64,000 nucleotides of DNA from Camelus dromedarius (Eukaryota). The position numbers were made by a program, and so were the translations under genes. The stretch lies in NCBI RefSeq assembly GCF_036321535.1, contig NC_087437.1:84632001-84696000 (forward strand). Direction: 5' to 3'. Shown here in pieces: positions 27,637 through 41,645 of the stretch (position 1 is the stretch's first letter; every line of letters starts with the position of its first letter). Below the pieces are notes generated by a model, which was given only the letters and a program-made list of their open reading frames with translations, searched no databases and was not told where the DNA came from.

Positions 27637-27657
27637 GTGTGTGTGTGTGTGTGTGTG
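27637..27657. repeat. (GT)n microsatellite
   Basis: Direct read of the GT repeat. Confidence 0.9.
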
Positions 27658-30600
27658 AAGTTATCCTGCTGAACAATCAAATAATAAAGAAATGTAACTG
27701 CAAATTAGCCTGGCGGAAAGAGCCCTAAAGAAATAAACCTTGGAATTTCCCTTACTGTATGTCCACTCTGGACCATAGGGTCCAGTTGAAACTCTTCTGC
27801 AAAATACACAATGCCCTTCATTTTTTCCATACCCTCCTAATAGTTTTCAGAGGGATGAGTTCCAAAGACCACAGACTTTTTTCTCCCTCTGGAATCTTTG
27901 AATCAATTTTTAAGGAATGATTACTCTCTATCTTTCTAGGTGATGGATTCAAGATCAGGACCAACTCTGATGAATATTAAAAGTCACAATGAAGTTAAAT
28001 AAAAATGTGCCTTTGAAAACAGTTGCAGATCCTAGCTACAGGATTTAAGGTTAGAACCCACAGAGTGGACCAATACAATAGCTTTATAAGGTTTTATTAT
28101 TTGAGGGTGTGTATCTTAAATTATGAGGGTGGGATAAACACCTCAGTTTTTTCCAATGACACTTCATAGTTTATACATAATATTAATTCTTTTTCTCCTT
28201 TGAGCCAAGTGTTACATGTGATATCTGTGCTCCTGAATATGTGTATATGCTCATGGAAGTGAGATATGTATTCACTGAAAGAAGCGTAGCCTGCTCTAAG
28301 TCGTTTCTGGTCCAACCTCAGGTGGCTGTTGTGTAAGTAGTGACACTGAACCTTTTAGTCCCTGTGTCTGTGCCAGATGAACATCAGAATCATCAATGGC
28401 CTCTTGTAGAGAAAGACAGAAGGTTTGGACAACACTTGACTAATAGATGGTACCATTTGGGACCTCCTTGCTTTCCAGGTATATTAAGTGAAAGTGGTCC
28501 TTGATAGGCATTTAGCTTGCATATAGGACATAGAAAAATAATAAACAAACCCAAATTCATCTGGAACTATCTGTAAGAAAATTTGTAATCACTGTGGATA
28601 TAAGTATTTGAAATAAGAAATGCAATGAAATTTATTGTACAAAAAATACAGTTGACTCACATATAGGTTTTTTAGAAGGATGAAAGCTGGAAACACAAAG
28701 TTGTCATTTACAAAATAGAGATAGGAATAATCATTTCCTATCAATTGGACACAAATGTGTGGATCAATTAGAGATTGATTTCACTTGGGGGAAAATGCCT
28801 GAAAAGTCATTATCTCCCTTGAGAGATGTTCTAGATCACCTTTAAGTCACTTTCATATCTTCTGATTCTATTATTATTATGTTATCTTGGAAATTGGCTA
28901 CATTTTAAAAAGCATTACTTAGAAGAATCATCTGCTTTTGAAATAATAAAGTTTTAGATTGACTAATGGAGACATAAAAATAGTTTCTTCCTAGAAACTG
29001 AAAATTATATTAACACAATATGTTCCTCCTTAAAAATAATAAACTAAGTAGGAAAATGTCTAAAATATCACTTATATTTTATAAAAATGAATTAAAGAAG
29101 TGAAATTATATAAAGTTTCAGGGATGTTTGCATAAGGTTTATGTCAAAATCTTTCAGCTTTCTAATTAAGACATCTGTGATATGTAATTTTTGGTAAAAC
29201 TGAGTAAATAGTAAAATAGGCTATTCCACATTTAACTAATCTTCACAGATTTTACTTTACATGCTTTTTAAAAGCAGTTAAGAAATAAAAGCATATTAAT
29301 TTAGAATACTTTTGAGTGCATGAAAAATATTATTTCTAGAATCTCTTCAAAATTAAAATGAAGACAGGAAATATAAAATTCCTCTAAAATTAATTTTGCA
29401 TTTCCTAATGGTCATTTTTAGTCAAATTTATGTTTAGGGATATGTAAATGTAAAGAAATTTATTGTCTTTGAGGATTTTGTGTTATTTCAAGTAGGAATT
29501 TAAGAGGCAATTAATATGTAATACTCATGATTCACTTTTAAAGGACAGGAAATTGTATTTCTAGTTCTTTGCACACTGAAATAGTGACTTTGATACCCTA
29601 TACAAATTGTTGCTCTGCAAAATATCATCAGTTAATTAATGAGCTAAATTAATCTAATTCTGGTTTGAAAAGAATAGGTGTGACATTTAGAGAGACCTTT
29701 CCACATTTGTTTCATTTCAACTTCTGACATTCGACATTCAGTAAGTAGTCTGTTTCTGAAATTCAAATTTGACATAAGCAAATAGATTTCATTTCAGCCT
29801 ATTAAAGTAGCATATTATAATCTGTACATCATATTTAAAACAAAAAATGTTCAAAAACAAAAGCATTTTCTTTCCTTCTATCCATCTTCAAGGGTTCAGA
29901 TTTTAATAGTTTAAGAGTTACTAGAGCCTCTCTGTGTATTTGTTTTCCACTTAGTCCCCAAATAATTTAAGGTGGTCTACAGTTAAACATCAGCATAGGA
30001 TTGACTTAGTAATATGGATAAATTGAAAGGTCATCTAATAAAGGAGATTATTAAAAATGGTTTTTAGATTTAGTTAGATTATTGTGATTAATTAATTAAA
30101 ATCCATTGAGTAAGAAATATAAATATAATACTATATATGTTTCTTGCAAATCTTTCAAATGCACAAAGACACACACATGTGTTAAGCATCTATACAGTGG
30201 GGAACATCTACAACTCAGATTGAAGCCTTCTGTAAAAACTTATCCTTATGTTCATTTTGAACTACCTACCATAAAAGGCAAAAATAAAAATGAAAGATTA
30301 TATAATTTCAGTTGTATGCAAAAACAAACACGTAAAAACAACCACAACAACAACCAAAAAACCAAGCCACATGAGGCAACACATTGATTAAGATAAGCAA
30401 ACTTTTTAATGCAGATCAACTCTGAAATCAGCAATGGAGGACTTTTTATATAAAACGTATTGAAAGGTAATGCAAAGTGTATAATTGATTAAAAAAGTCT
30501 AGCAACAAAACCGCAAAGCACTGCCATTTATGTCTGTTTTCTGGATAGATTCCTTGAAAATTCTGCCACTGTGTCAAAGAAGAACACGTGGACTTGAGTG

Positions 30601-31147
30601 TTAGTGTTACATAGATCTGGATTAGTCCTAAGTAGCAGGCATTACCCACCACTAAGTGACACTGATCAAATTAGTTAATTTCTAATTTTCTGCTTCTGTT
30701 TTAATTTGTTTTTTGCTTAGTTTTTCTTTAATTGCAAACCAGGGAAAACTGAACTTATCCTTGCATTCCACTTTTTCAATAAAATTTATCCTAAAGCCAT
30801 ATTTTATGATTAATATTTTCATCTATAACAATAGCATACCTTTCTAGTGGTGTAGTGACAATATTATTAGTATTTATACATTTATATATTATGTATTAAT
30901 GTATCACATAAATTGGAAATCATATGAGAGTGATAAATAATGATGAACACCTATCTCCTATGTTATAATTTGTATTAATATACCAATATAGAATACTATA
31001 TAATATTTAAATATTACTATATTATTAATTGTATATTATTTCAATTATATATAATCTTATTTTTTTTAAATCTCAAATACAAAATAATTTCTTTTCTATC
31101 ATTGATGGTAATATATTAATTCACAATATGGTAATATACTACTTTTT

Positions 31148-32262
31148 AATTTTCTTTCTTTCTTTCTTTCTTTCCACATTTTTGATTGAGTTATAGTCAT
31201 TTTACAATGTTGTGTCAAATTCCAGTATAAAGCACAATTTTTCAGTTATACATGAACATACATATATTCATTGTCACATTTTTTTTTCTCTGTGAGCTAC
31301 CATAAGATCTTGTATATATTTCCCTGTGCTATACAGTATAATCTTGTTTATCTGTTCTACATTTTGAAATGCCACTTTGTCCCTCCCACCCCCTGCCCCC
31401 TTGGCAACCACAAGTTTGTATTCTATGACTGTGAGTCTGTTTCTGTTTTGTATTTATGTTCTTTTTTTTTTTTTTAAGATTCCACATATGAGCAATCTCA
31501 TATGGTATTTTTCTTTCTCTTTCTGGCTTACTTCACTTAGAATGACATTCTCCAGGAACATCCATGTTGCTGCAAATGGCATTATGTTGTCAGTTTTTAT
31601 GGCTAAATAGTATTCCATTGTATAAATATACCACTTCTTCTTTATCCCGTCATCTGTTGATGGACATTTAGGCTATTTCCATGTCTTGGCTATTGTAAAT
31701 AGTGCTGCTATGAACATTGGGGTGCAGGTGTCATTTTGAAGTAGGGTTCCTCCCGGATATATGCCCAGGAGCGGGATTCCTGGGTCATATGGTAAGTCTA
31801 TCCCTAGTCTTTTGAGGAATCTCCATACTGTTTTCCATAGTGGCTGCATCAAACTGCATTCCCACCAGCAGTGTAGGAGGGTTCCCTTTTCTCCACAACC
31901 CCTCCAGCATTTGTCATTTGTGGACTTGTGAATGATGGCCATTCTGACTGGTGTGAGGTGATACCTCATTATAGTTTTGATTTGCATTTCTCTGATAATT
32001 AGTGATATTGAGCATTTTTTCATGTTCCTATTGATCATTTGTATTTCTTCCTTGGAGAATTGCTTGTTTAGGTCTTTTGCCCATTTTTGGATTGGGTTGT
32101 TTGTTTCTTTCTTGTTAAGTTGTATGAGCTGCTTATGTATTCTGCAGATCAAGCCTTTGTCAGTTTCATTGCAAAAATTTTCTCCCATTCCGTAGGTTGT
32201 CGTTTTGTTTTACTTATGGTTTCCTTTGCTGTGTAGAAGCTGGTAAGTTTAATTAAGTCCCA
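31148..32262 (-). mobile_element. Young 5'-truncated L1 with perfect 16-bp TSD
   Basis: TSD TAATATACTACTTTTT at 31132-31147 and 32263-32278. A 171-aa open ORF2 C-terminus includes the CCHC motif [18 protein letters not shown]. The tail is (GAAA)n-type. Confidence 0.96.
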
Positions 32263-32599
32263 TAATATACTACTTTTTTAATAGATAAACAATACACATG
32301 AATGAAATTTGTTTGTAAATACATCTATTAGTGACATAGATGTAAAATAGATATAAAATAATAAAGTTTTACACTTCACAATTAATTCATGCATCCATGA
32401 CTATCACTTAATGTTGAAATAAGAGAGGTTTAGGTAAAATTCTATTGCTATATATCATTTTTGCTATGTAAGCACTAGGAAATGGTGTTGGAATAAATAA
32501 GTAGGTGGAAATGAAAGGAATTTCCTTATAGCAAGTTCACATAATCATTTAAATTTCTTCCAATATGTTTATCAAGATCACATATTAGTTGATCAATGG

Positions 32600-35520
32600 A
32601 TTTTTTAACATCTTTTTAATCAAGGTATAATTTACCAATTGTAAAATTTTACTGGTTTTAGTGTACAATTCTGTGAATTTTGAAAAAAAATACTGTCTTA
32701 TAACTACCACTGCAAGATGTAGAACAGCTCCATCGTCCCCTGCATAATTTCCCTGTGAGCTTTTGCAGCTAAAATGTTCTCCCAGTCACAGCCTCCAAGA
32801 AGCACTGATCTATTTTCTTTATGTAAAGTTTTGCCTTTTCTTAATGTCATATAAATGGGTTTTACCATATACAGATATTTTAGTTTGACTTCTATTATTT
32901 AGCATAATATATTTGAGATTAAATTATGTTGCATATATTAATAGTTTGTTGTTATTATTACTGAGTAACTCATATATGGATATACCTTAATGGTTTATTC
33001 ATTAACCAGTTGAAGGGTATTTGGGGTGTTTTTGGTTTTTGGAAATTATCACTAAATTTGCTGTAAACATTTTCAGACAGGGTTTTTAGTGTGATCATAA
33101 AGTTTCATTTCACTTAGTTAATATTTAGCACAGGAATTGTTGGTCTTATTTTAGGTGGGTGTTTAACTTTATACTTAACATTCATATTTTTTTCCAAAGT
33201 TGCTGTATCAATTTGCAGTCCCACTTGCAATATATAAGAGCTTCAGGTACTCTGCATCTTGTCAGAATTTTGCAAAATTGTTGAAAATCAGTTGACCATA
33301 TACATGAATTTATTTCTGGACTCTTTATTCCATTGTATTGACTATGTGTCTATCCTTTGGCCAATACAAACTGTCTTGTCTACAAAAGCTTTAGGTTGCA
33401 AAATCAAATCCTATAGTTTAAGCCCTAAAAGTTTGTTTTTTTAAAAATATACTTTGGATATTCTAGTTACTTTTGAAGGGATTATTGATTTCTATTAAAA
33501 AAAACAACAACATGGATTTTCAATGGGACTGTAGTAGTTCAGATTGCTGATACCGACACCATCACACTATGGAGACTTCCAATTCATGAGCATAGTGCAC
33601 ATCTCTGTTTATTTAGGTCTCCTTTGATTTCTTTCACCACTGTTTTATAATTTTCAGCATACAGATCTTTGCACGTATCTTGATAGACTTACAACTAAGT
33701 ATTTCATGGTACTTGTGTTACAGGAAATGGTACAATAAAATCTTTAATTTTCAATTAGTTATTTTTCATACTTGAAATATAATCAACTTTAACATATTGC
33801 ATCATTGCTGTGACATTATTAAACTTATTCATTATTCAAATAACTTTTTTGGTAGATTTTGTGGCATAGTCTACATAGACAAACAAGTTATCTGTAAATT
33901 GGGGATTTTGTTTGTTTTCTTTCCAGTATGTATATTTTGTATTTATGTATCTGCTTGATTGCACTACCTACCTAGTACCTCCGGTATGATATTAAATAGA
34001 GGTATTTACTTAGTGGTGAGAGTAGTCATTCTCACTTTGTTTCAAGCTTTAGGTAAAACTGATTAGACTTTTATTGTTAATTATAATATTAGTTGTATTT
34101 TTTGTGTGTATATTATTGTTTTTGATGCTGTTTAGGGGGTTGAAGATATTCTCTCCTATTCCTAGGTTGTCTAGATTTTTTATCGTGGGTAAATGTCAAG
34201 TTTTGTTAGGGAACTTTGCTGCATCTTTTGGAATGTGGGTGTTCATCTTTTGTCTGTTAATATGGTGAGTTTCATTGATATTCAAATATTGAATCAACCT
34301 TACATTCCTGAGATAAACCAAAAATTGGTTATGATGTATTGTATTGTATTTTACATATTGCTGGATTTCTGTTCTATATATTGCTGTTTTTATTGAAGAC
34401 TTTTGTGTGTTCATGAGGGATATCAGTCTATAATTTTTTCCTCACTTTTTTTTTACTAAGGTAATGATAGTCTTCTGAAATAATTCAGAAATATTCCCTC
34501 CTCTTTCATTTTTCTGGAAGAGTTATATACAATTGGTCACTTTTCTCCTTTCAGTGTTTGGTAGAACTCATCAGGAAGTCTATCAGAGCCTAGGATTTTC
34601 TTAGATTGAACATTTTTAAGCTACAGATTCAATATCATTATTAGATATAGACCTATTCAGATTATTGCTTCTCCTTGGATGATGATGACTAGTTTGAATT
34701 TTTCAAGGAATTATATAATCCCATCTAAATCTTCAAACTTATGGTCAAAAATGTGTTGTGCAGATGGTCCTTGACTTGCAGTGTTTCAACTTATGATTTT
34801 TCTACTTAAAAATGGTGATATCCATTCAGTAGAAACCATACTTGGAATTTTGAATTTTGATCTTTCCCCAGGCTAGAGATACACAGTATAATACTCATGA
34901 TACTGAGGGAGCTGCAATTCCCAGTTAGCCACAGGACCACAAGGGAAAACAACCAATATACGGACAATTATTCTGTACCCATACAACTGTCCGGTTTTTA
35001 CTTTATATGGTATTCAATGAATTACATGAGATATCCAACACTTCATTATAAAACAGGCTTTGTATTAAATGATGTTTGCCCAATTTTAGACTATTTTAAG
35101 TGTTCTGAGCAAGTTTGACATATGCTAGGCAAAGCTATGATGTTTGTTAGGTTAAGCTTTTAAATGCTTTCTCAATTTAAAATATTTTCAATGTGCAGTG
35201 ACTTTCCTGGGACATAACCCAATTAAGTGGAGGAATATCTGTACTCCCTTATTATTTTTTAATATCAGTAAGGTATGATGTGGTTTCTCCTCCTTTTCTA
35301 ATGCTTGTAGTTTGTATATGCGTGGGTGTATGTCTGTCTGTCTATTTCTCTTCACCTTAGTGAGAATTTTATCAATACTAGGGGTATTTTCAAAGAACTG
35401 CTTTTTGGTTTCATTGATTATTTCTTTACATTTTTAGTTTTTGATTTGTTTTCAGTTTTATTAATAGACTGTTCTTTAATAAATCTTTCTTTCAGCTTGT
35501 TTTGAGTTTAATTTACTTTT
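32600..35520 (-). mobile_element. Old L1M (3'UTR plus ORF2 fragments)
   Basis: 3' end ATCAAGGTATAATTTAC... and ORF2 motifs TTGAAAATCAGTTGACCATATAC, TTCCAATTCATGAGCATAG, GGTAGAACTCATCAGGAAG. Confidence 0.8.
34761..35241 (-). mobile_element. Tigger5/MER47-like MITE inside L1
   Basis: Imperfect TIRs CAGATGGTCCTTGACTT and AAGTGGAGGAATATCTG, with TA on the right. Internal sequence resembles the MER47 family. Confidence 0.75.
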
Positions 35521-35544
35521 ATTTTCTTGTAGGTTTTTTGTATA

Positions 35545-35630
35545 TATTTTTATTTAAGTATAGTCAGTTTACAGTGTGTCAATTTCCAGTGTACTGCATA
35601 ATGTTTGAGTCACACATGAACATACATATC
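35545..35630 (-). mobile_element. Very short L1 3' end
   Basis: TTTAAGTATAGTCAGTTTACAGTGTGTCAATTTCCAGTGTAC...CATGAACATACATAT. Confidence 0.75.
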
Positions 35631-37244
35631 TCATAGATTCTTAAGTGAGGCTTAGATCATTGATACGGACTCTCTCTTCGAAGGAAGAATTTAGTGCTAT
35701 CATTTAACTGCACACTGTGAATTTTTAATATATTATACGTTAATTTTTATTTGATTCAAATATAATATTCCTTTTTTATCTTTGACCAATGAGTTACTTA
35801 GAAGCTTATATTGTTTAATTTACACATGCATGAGACTTTTAAATTATTTTAATTTAAATGTCTAGTTTTAATTATTAATGTCTAGTTTAAGAACGTTAAG
35901 GTCAGTGATTTAATGAAATTAATATCTATCCTTCTTGAGTTCATCAGCCCTTTCCTATGAGTTAATGACAGACTTCCTACTCACCTAGAAATATCACCTC
36001 TAAATTTAGACTCTGCATTACACAAGTAGACAGGGCTAATGATTGCAGAGGACTCATGCAGTACACCCCATCTTCTTTTCAACGTATACCAGTAGTCTTT
36101 CCTCAACCTTCTTCTAAGAAATCCTTAAGTGACCCACAACCCAGATCTGGTCTTTTGGAAGAAACGTCAGAGATTGAAAGTGTTTGTATACCAAGGAAAA
36201 GGACCCTATCAGGCAGTGATAGCAATAGGATAATGATGAAACCTAAGGAAATTTGTTCTTGAATTCTCCTTTCACTTAAAGTATATAACACTCAAAGTAC
36301 TAGAAAATTTTCCGTATTTTTGGAACCCAAGCTGAGGGTCCCCCTTCAAAACTTTTTGATAAAAATAAGTGCACATTATCTGATTTGAAAAACTTTAATG
36401 AGTCATTTGTTATTCGTATTTTCATTTCTTGACATAAACACTAATATTTTGAAATATCCTGTTTGTGAGTCATTATAGAATTAATTGTCAGTGACAAATT
36501 CTGCTTTTTTCATATTATGGAAAAAGACTATTGTGAAAGAGGAAAGAAGATAAGAGAATAAGCATAAACATAGATGTTTAAAAAATTGGGAATTTAGGAA
36601 CTATTACATTTGAAAGCTGTGTACCTGGAATTGAATCCTTTAAAATTATGCAAGACACAATTTCTTTAGAAATCTTTCCATATCTCTAGAGATAAAACAA
36701 CCCATTTTTGAAGAGTCATAAGTTAATTAAGGCAAAGGTTGAGCAGAACACCTGGCATATCATCCATATTCCATAAATATTTACTGTTTTTATTATTAAT
36801 GAGATGAAACCAATGGTGAGTTAGAATATGGAGGCTGGAGAGGGAGGAAAGAGTGAAATAAATATGCAGCATACTGATAATATGGATTGATTCAATTACA
36901 ACGTTTAACACAACTGGAGAGATAATTGCTGAATTACTGTTATCATTTTTTTGTATCATTCTTAAGTATCTAGAATAGGATAGATTTACCTATTATACTT
37001 GAAGTTACCAGAAGGTATCAAAGCCAAAGATATTCAGTGTTGGTCACTGAAGTAATGTTTATATTCTCTGAGTAACAGGTATATACAAAAATAATGTTTC
37101 TTTACGAAAATCAAGGATCCTGAATTATATTCTTATTTTACTAAATGACTTCCATTTATTTATAAATATAGGATACATGAGTACCTTCAAAGGACTACAA
37201 TATTTATAGTTATTCTCTATTCATCCACGTGTTCAAGAAATTCT

Positions 37245-39360
37245 GGGGGGTATTGCAAAGATGTTGGAGTAGAAGGACTCATAGCTCATCCTCTCCCACA
37301 AAGACACCAAAAATTACACCTACAGACTGAACAATTCACACAAAATACCTACTGAACTTTGAAAGAATATCTCTTACCTCAGAAATTCAGGAAGGTTCCT
37401 CACAAAAACAGGTAGGAGAAAAAAAAAGAAAAAAAGAAAAAGGAAATCAATGTGGGACCTGTCTCATGTTGAGAGAGTGGCAAAGGAGGAAAAGTGCCCC
37501 CACTCTGGGTTGCCCCCTCTCCATCAGGGAGGTCAGCAGGGACAGAAAGGGAGCTTCCAAGCCTCAGAGGAGATAGAAGCAACTGCTTGGCAGGCGGAAC
37601 TGAGAGAAGCCAGCACAGAGGGTCCTTGTAATCTCTAGACCAAGACGTGAGCCAGCGGAGGCAAGCCAGAACCTCCATAAAAAGCACTATTGCTGTTGCA
37701 CATGGTGGGGAAGGGAGAATGGCAGCCAGGCCATAGCCACCTTATCAGCTATCCCAGAGGGCGTTTTTCACTGAACTAGAACAAATAATCCTAAAATTTA
37801 TATGGACTCACAAAAGACCCAGAATTGCCAAAACAATACTGATGAAAAAGAACCCTTCCAGACTTCATACAATACTTCAGAGGTACAGCAATCAAAACAG
37901 TGTTGTTCTGGCACAAAAGCAGACATATGGATCAATGGAACAGCATAGAGAGCCCAGAAATAAACTCACAGACTTAGAATCAATGAATCTTTGACAAAGG
38001 AGGGAAGAGTATACAATGGAGAAAAGACAGTCTCTTCAGTAAGTGGTGTTGGGAAAACTGGACAGCTGCATATAAATTAATGAAGTTAGAATACTCCCTC
38101 ACACCATACACAAAAATAAACTCAAAATGGCTTAAAGAGTTAAATATAAGACAAGATATTATAAACCTCTTAGAGGAATCCATAGGCAAACTATTTTCTG
38201 GCATAAATCTTAGCAATGTTCTCCTAGGGCGGTCTACCCAGGCAATAGAAATCAAAGCAAAAATAAACAAATGGGACCTAATTAAACTTATAAGGTTTTG
38301 CACAGCAAAGGATACCATAAGCAAAACAAAAAGACAACCTATGGAATGAGAGAAAATATTTGCAAATGATGTGACTGACAAGGGCTTAATTTTCAGAATA
38401 TATAAACATCTCATACAACTTAATTACAAAAAAACAACCAACCAAATCCAAAAATGGTCAAAAGGCCTAAACAAGCAGTTCTCCAATGAAGACATACAAA
38501 TGGCCAATAGGCACTTGAAAAAATGCACAGTATAACTAATTATCAGAGAAATGCAAATCAAAACTACAGTAGTATCATCTCACACCAGCCTGGTCATCAT
38601 TAAAAACTCCACAAATGATAAATGCTGGAGAGGGTGTGGAGAAATGGGAACCCTCCTACACTGTTGGTGGAAATGTAATTTGGCGCAGCCATTATGGAAA
38701 CAGTAGAGAGATTCCTCAAAAACTAAAATGATAGAGCTCTCTCACTCCTGGGCATATATGTAGAGGGAACTGTAATTCAAAAATATACATGCACCCCAAT
38801 GATCATATCAGCACTATATACAGTAGCCAAGACATGTAAACAACCTAAATGTCCATTGACAGACACTGGATAAAGTAGTTGTGGTATATTCATGCAATGA
38901 AATACTTCTTAGCCATAAAAAAGAAGAAAATAATGGTATTTGCAGCAACATGGATGAACCTGGAGATCATCATTCTAAATGAAGTAAGCCAGAAAGATTA
39001 AGAAAAATAATACATGATTTTACTCATATATCTATGGATCTAAATAAGAAAAAAAAAAAAAGACACTAATGAACTTGTCTCCAAAACAGAAATAGACTCA
39101 CAGATATAGTAAACAAATTTATGGTTACCAGGGGGAAAAGGGGTGGGTGTTTGAGATTTGCAAATATTTACTTCTATATATAAAACAGATAAGCAACAAG
39201 TTTCTTCTGTAGCATAGGGAACTATATTCAATATCTTATACTAAGCTAACATGAAAATGAATATGAAAATCAATATATGTATGTATAGATATTACTGAAA
39301 CATGATGCTTTATACCAGAAATTGACACCTTGTAAACAGACTATACATCAATAAAAATTT
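37245..39360 (+). mobile_element. L1 with 5'UTR-like start fused directly to the 3' part of ORF2 and the 3'UTR
   Basis: Start GGGGGG...AAGATGTTGGAGTAGAAGGAC resembles an L1 5' end. At ~37755 it switches to ORF2 (TTTTTCACTGAACTAGAACAAATAATCCTAAAATTT). ORF 38080-38349 reads LTPYTKINSKWLKELN...KINKWDLIKL. Ends CTATACATCAATAAAA. Confidence 0.85.
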
Positions 39361-41017
39361 TTAGAAGTAAATTATATAACTGCATCCCTGCAAAAGTAAC
39401 TATAACTAATGTAAAATTTACCCTTGAAGAAGATGATGTTGTGAACAACTATGAATGTTTTCCACTTTTATATGACTTTTATAATTGGTTTAATTTTGAG
39501 GAAGTCTACATTTGAGTATGTTCATGAATAAGTTAACTGCACCATGTGCATTCAAATTAAATAATACTACATAACTGATAGAATTGTGAAGTGCTATCTA
39601 TCTAAATGTTCATATAAGTCTTTCAAAGACAGTGATTTTAATATGAATATAATACACTCATGATCCAGTTCACTTGTTTAATGAGATAATTTCTGGAATA
39701 CATGATTAGGGATGCATCACTGGCATTTAAAAGGCTGCTTCTCTTTCCCAAACACTTAATTATAATGACCTAGTAGCCTTCTCATAAATACCTTAATAAC
39801 CTCAGCTGTATGATGTCCTAAATTATCAATTACTTGCATGTCCTCCTTCTCATATATAATCTAAGTTTATGACAACCTACTTTATCTAGTCACCCGGGTT
39901 ACACTCTTCTTTGAACAACTACCCTCCTTCCCTATTGCAACGTACATACATAGGTAATAAGGCATTAATTTTTATTAATTTTTGCCACATGGGGTTTTTC
40001 AAATGCATTTATTATTATTAATTGACCTATCTTTCTATTATATCTGTCACCATCTTAATTAACATGTTGAAATAAATATGTTTGTTCTGTGCTCCCCTTG
40101 CACCAGAATTTATTATTCAGCAAAACTAACAAGCATGAGTACCTTATTGTGACTTGAGTTGTGTGATAAGAAGAGAATGGACAATCCCACTCTTGGTGTA
40201 ACTAGCCTTGTGGGCATTTCTGCTCTGCACAGTTTTGAAATGTGTTGTGATGGCATAACAAAGCTCAGAAAAGGTAAGGGTTCAGTGCTGGAGAAAGAAA
40301 CGATTTCTTGATATTAAGGGCAGGAAGTGATTTAATAAAAGATGAGGTGTTTACAAAATGGTTGGCAGTTTTGTAAGTCACTCAATAGGAAGGGCAAAGT
40401 GGAGAGTGAATATACATAGACAGTGTCCCATTTTGTATGGTCATAGCTATGTCCACTTATCATTTTAAATTTCTCACCCTTTGCATATAGTGGCCCCCAA
40501 ATTCAGCCAGTTATAAAAAGTTATATTCTGAGGTGAATTTGTATTGTGTCAAGTTAGACTTCCTATTAACGTATATCTATAGATCACTTCTTTCATTTTT
40601 TTAGGAGAAACATACTATATATGTAAAGAAAATACCCAACTCATTGAAGAATTTTATTTTAGTACTTTGGGACAATTTTTAAGATGTAAATAAGAAAACT
40701 ATCAAACCTAAAAAGTGTGCAAACCTCATAAAACAGTATGAGAACCAAAATTTGCCTTTATATAACTTCATAATTTTTTCTGTTCTTTGTTTTTATTTTC
40801 TGAAAGAAGAAATAGAACTATTGTGATTACCAATGACTATCAAAAGCATTAATGTTTTATAACAGTGTACTTTTCAGATTAATAGACTTCACTGTCTAAT
40901 TAATGGTTATTAATAAGAATAAATACATTATGCGTGCATACTTTAATTATGAATGTGGAATATTTAGATTTGACACCTTAAATGTTACCATAATTTGCAT
41001 ATGTTTCTACTTTAAGA

Positions 41018-41218
41018 CAGGGATTGACAAACTAGAGCCCACAGGCAAAATCCAGTTCACCTCCTCTTTTGTAAATAAAGTTTTATTGGAACATAGCTGT
41101 CCTGCTTTCAGGATAAAATGGCAAAGTTTAGTAGGTAGAACAGAAACCTCTGACCCACAAAGACTAAAAGTATTTCCTAGTTGGTCTTTGTAGAAAAAGA
41201 AAAATATACTGACCCTTG
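41018..41218 (+). mobile_element. MER58-like hAT-Charlie MITE
   Basis: CAGGGATTGACAAACT...TTTTGTAAATAAAGTTTTATTGGAACA...CTGACCCTTG. The 8-bp flanks CTTTAAGA and TTTTAAAA match at 6/8. Confidence 0.85.
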
Positions 41219-41607
41219 TTTTAAAATCTTTCTTAGGGATCTAAGTCAAAAAAATACCTGGGTGATTCCTTAAGGAAATAGAGAGTTTGTTAGTTCTTCA
41301 TTTGCAATATTGAATAGTTATAAAAGAAGCTCTTTTTTATGGTAACTTCTTAAAAGTCACTTTCAAATAATATTTTCAGAGAAAACAGAAACATTTAACA
41401 CAAATTCGGTTTGATTTGTTTTAGAAGAATTTAAGTGTAGTTCAACATTTTCCTTGAAGGTACTCAAGTGATCTCAAAAAAAAAAAATACAATAAATCTT
41501 ACACGTCATCACCTAATAATTTATTGAGCAAATCAATTCCTACCGAATGCAAGACATATAAACATGTGCACATGTGCTCATAAGCCCACACATGTGCATG
41601 CACACTT

Positions 41608-41608
<1 letters not shown>

Positions 41609-41642
<34 letters not shown>
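41609..41642. repeat. (CA)n microsatellite
   Basis: Direct read of an uninterrupted CA run. Confidence 0.95.

Positions 41643-41645
<3 letters not shown>

Noticed and set aside
31673..32188. 171-aa ORF as a host protein
   Set aside because: It is the L1 ORF2 C-terminus inside a TSD-flanked truncated L1.
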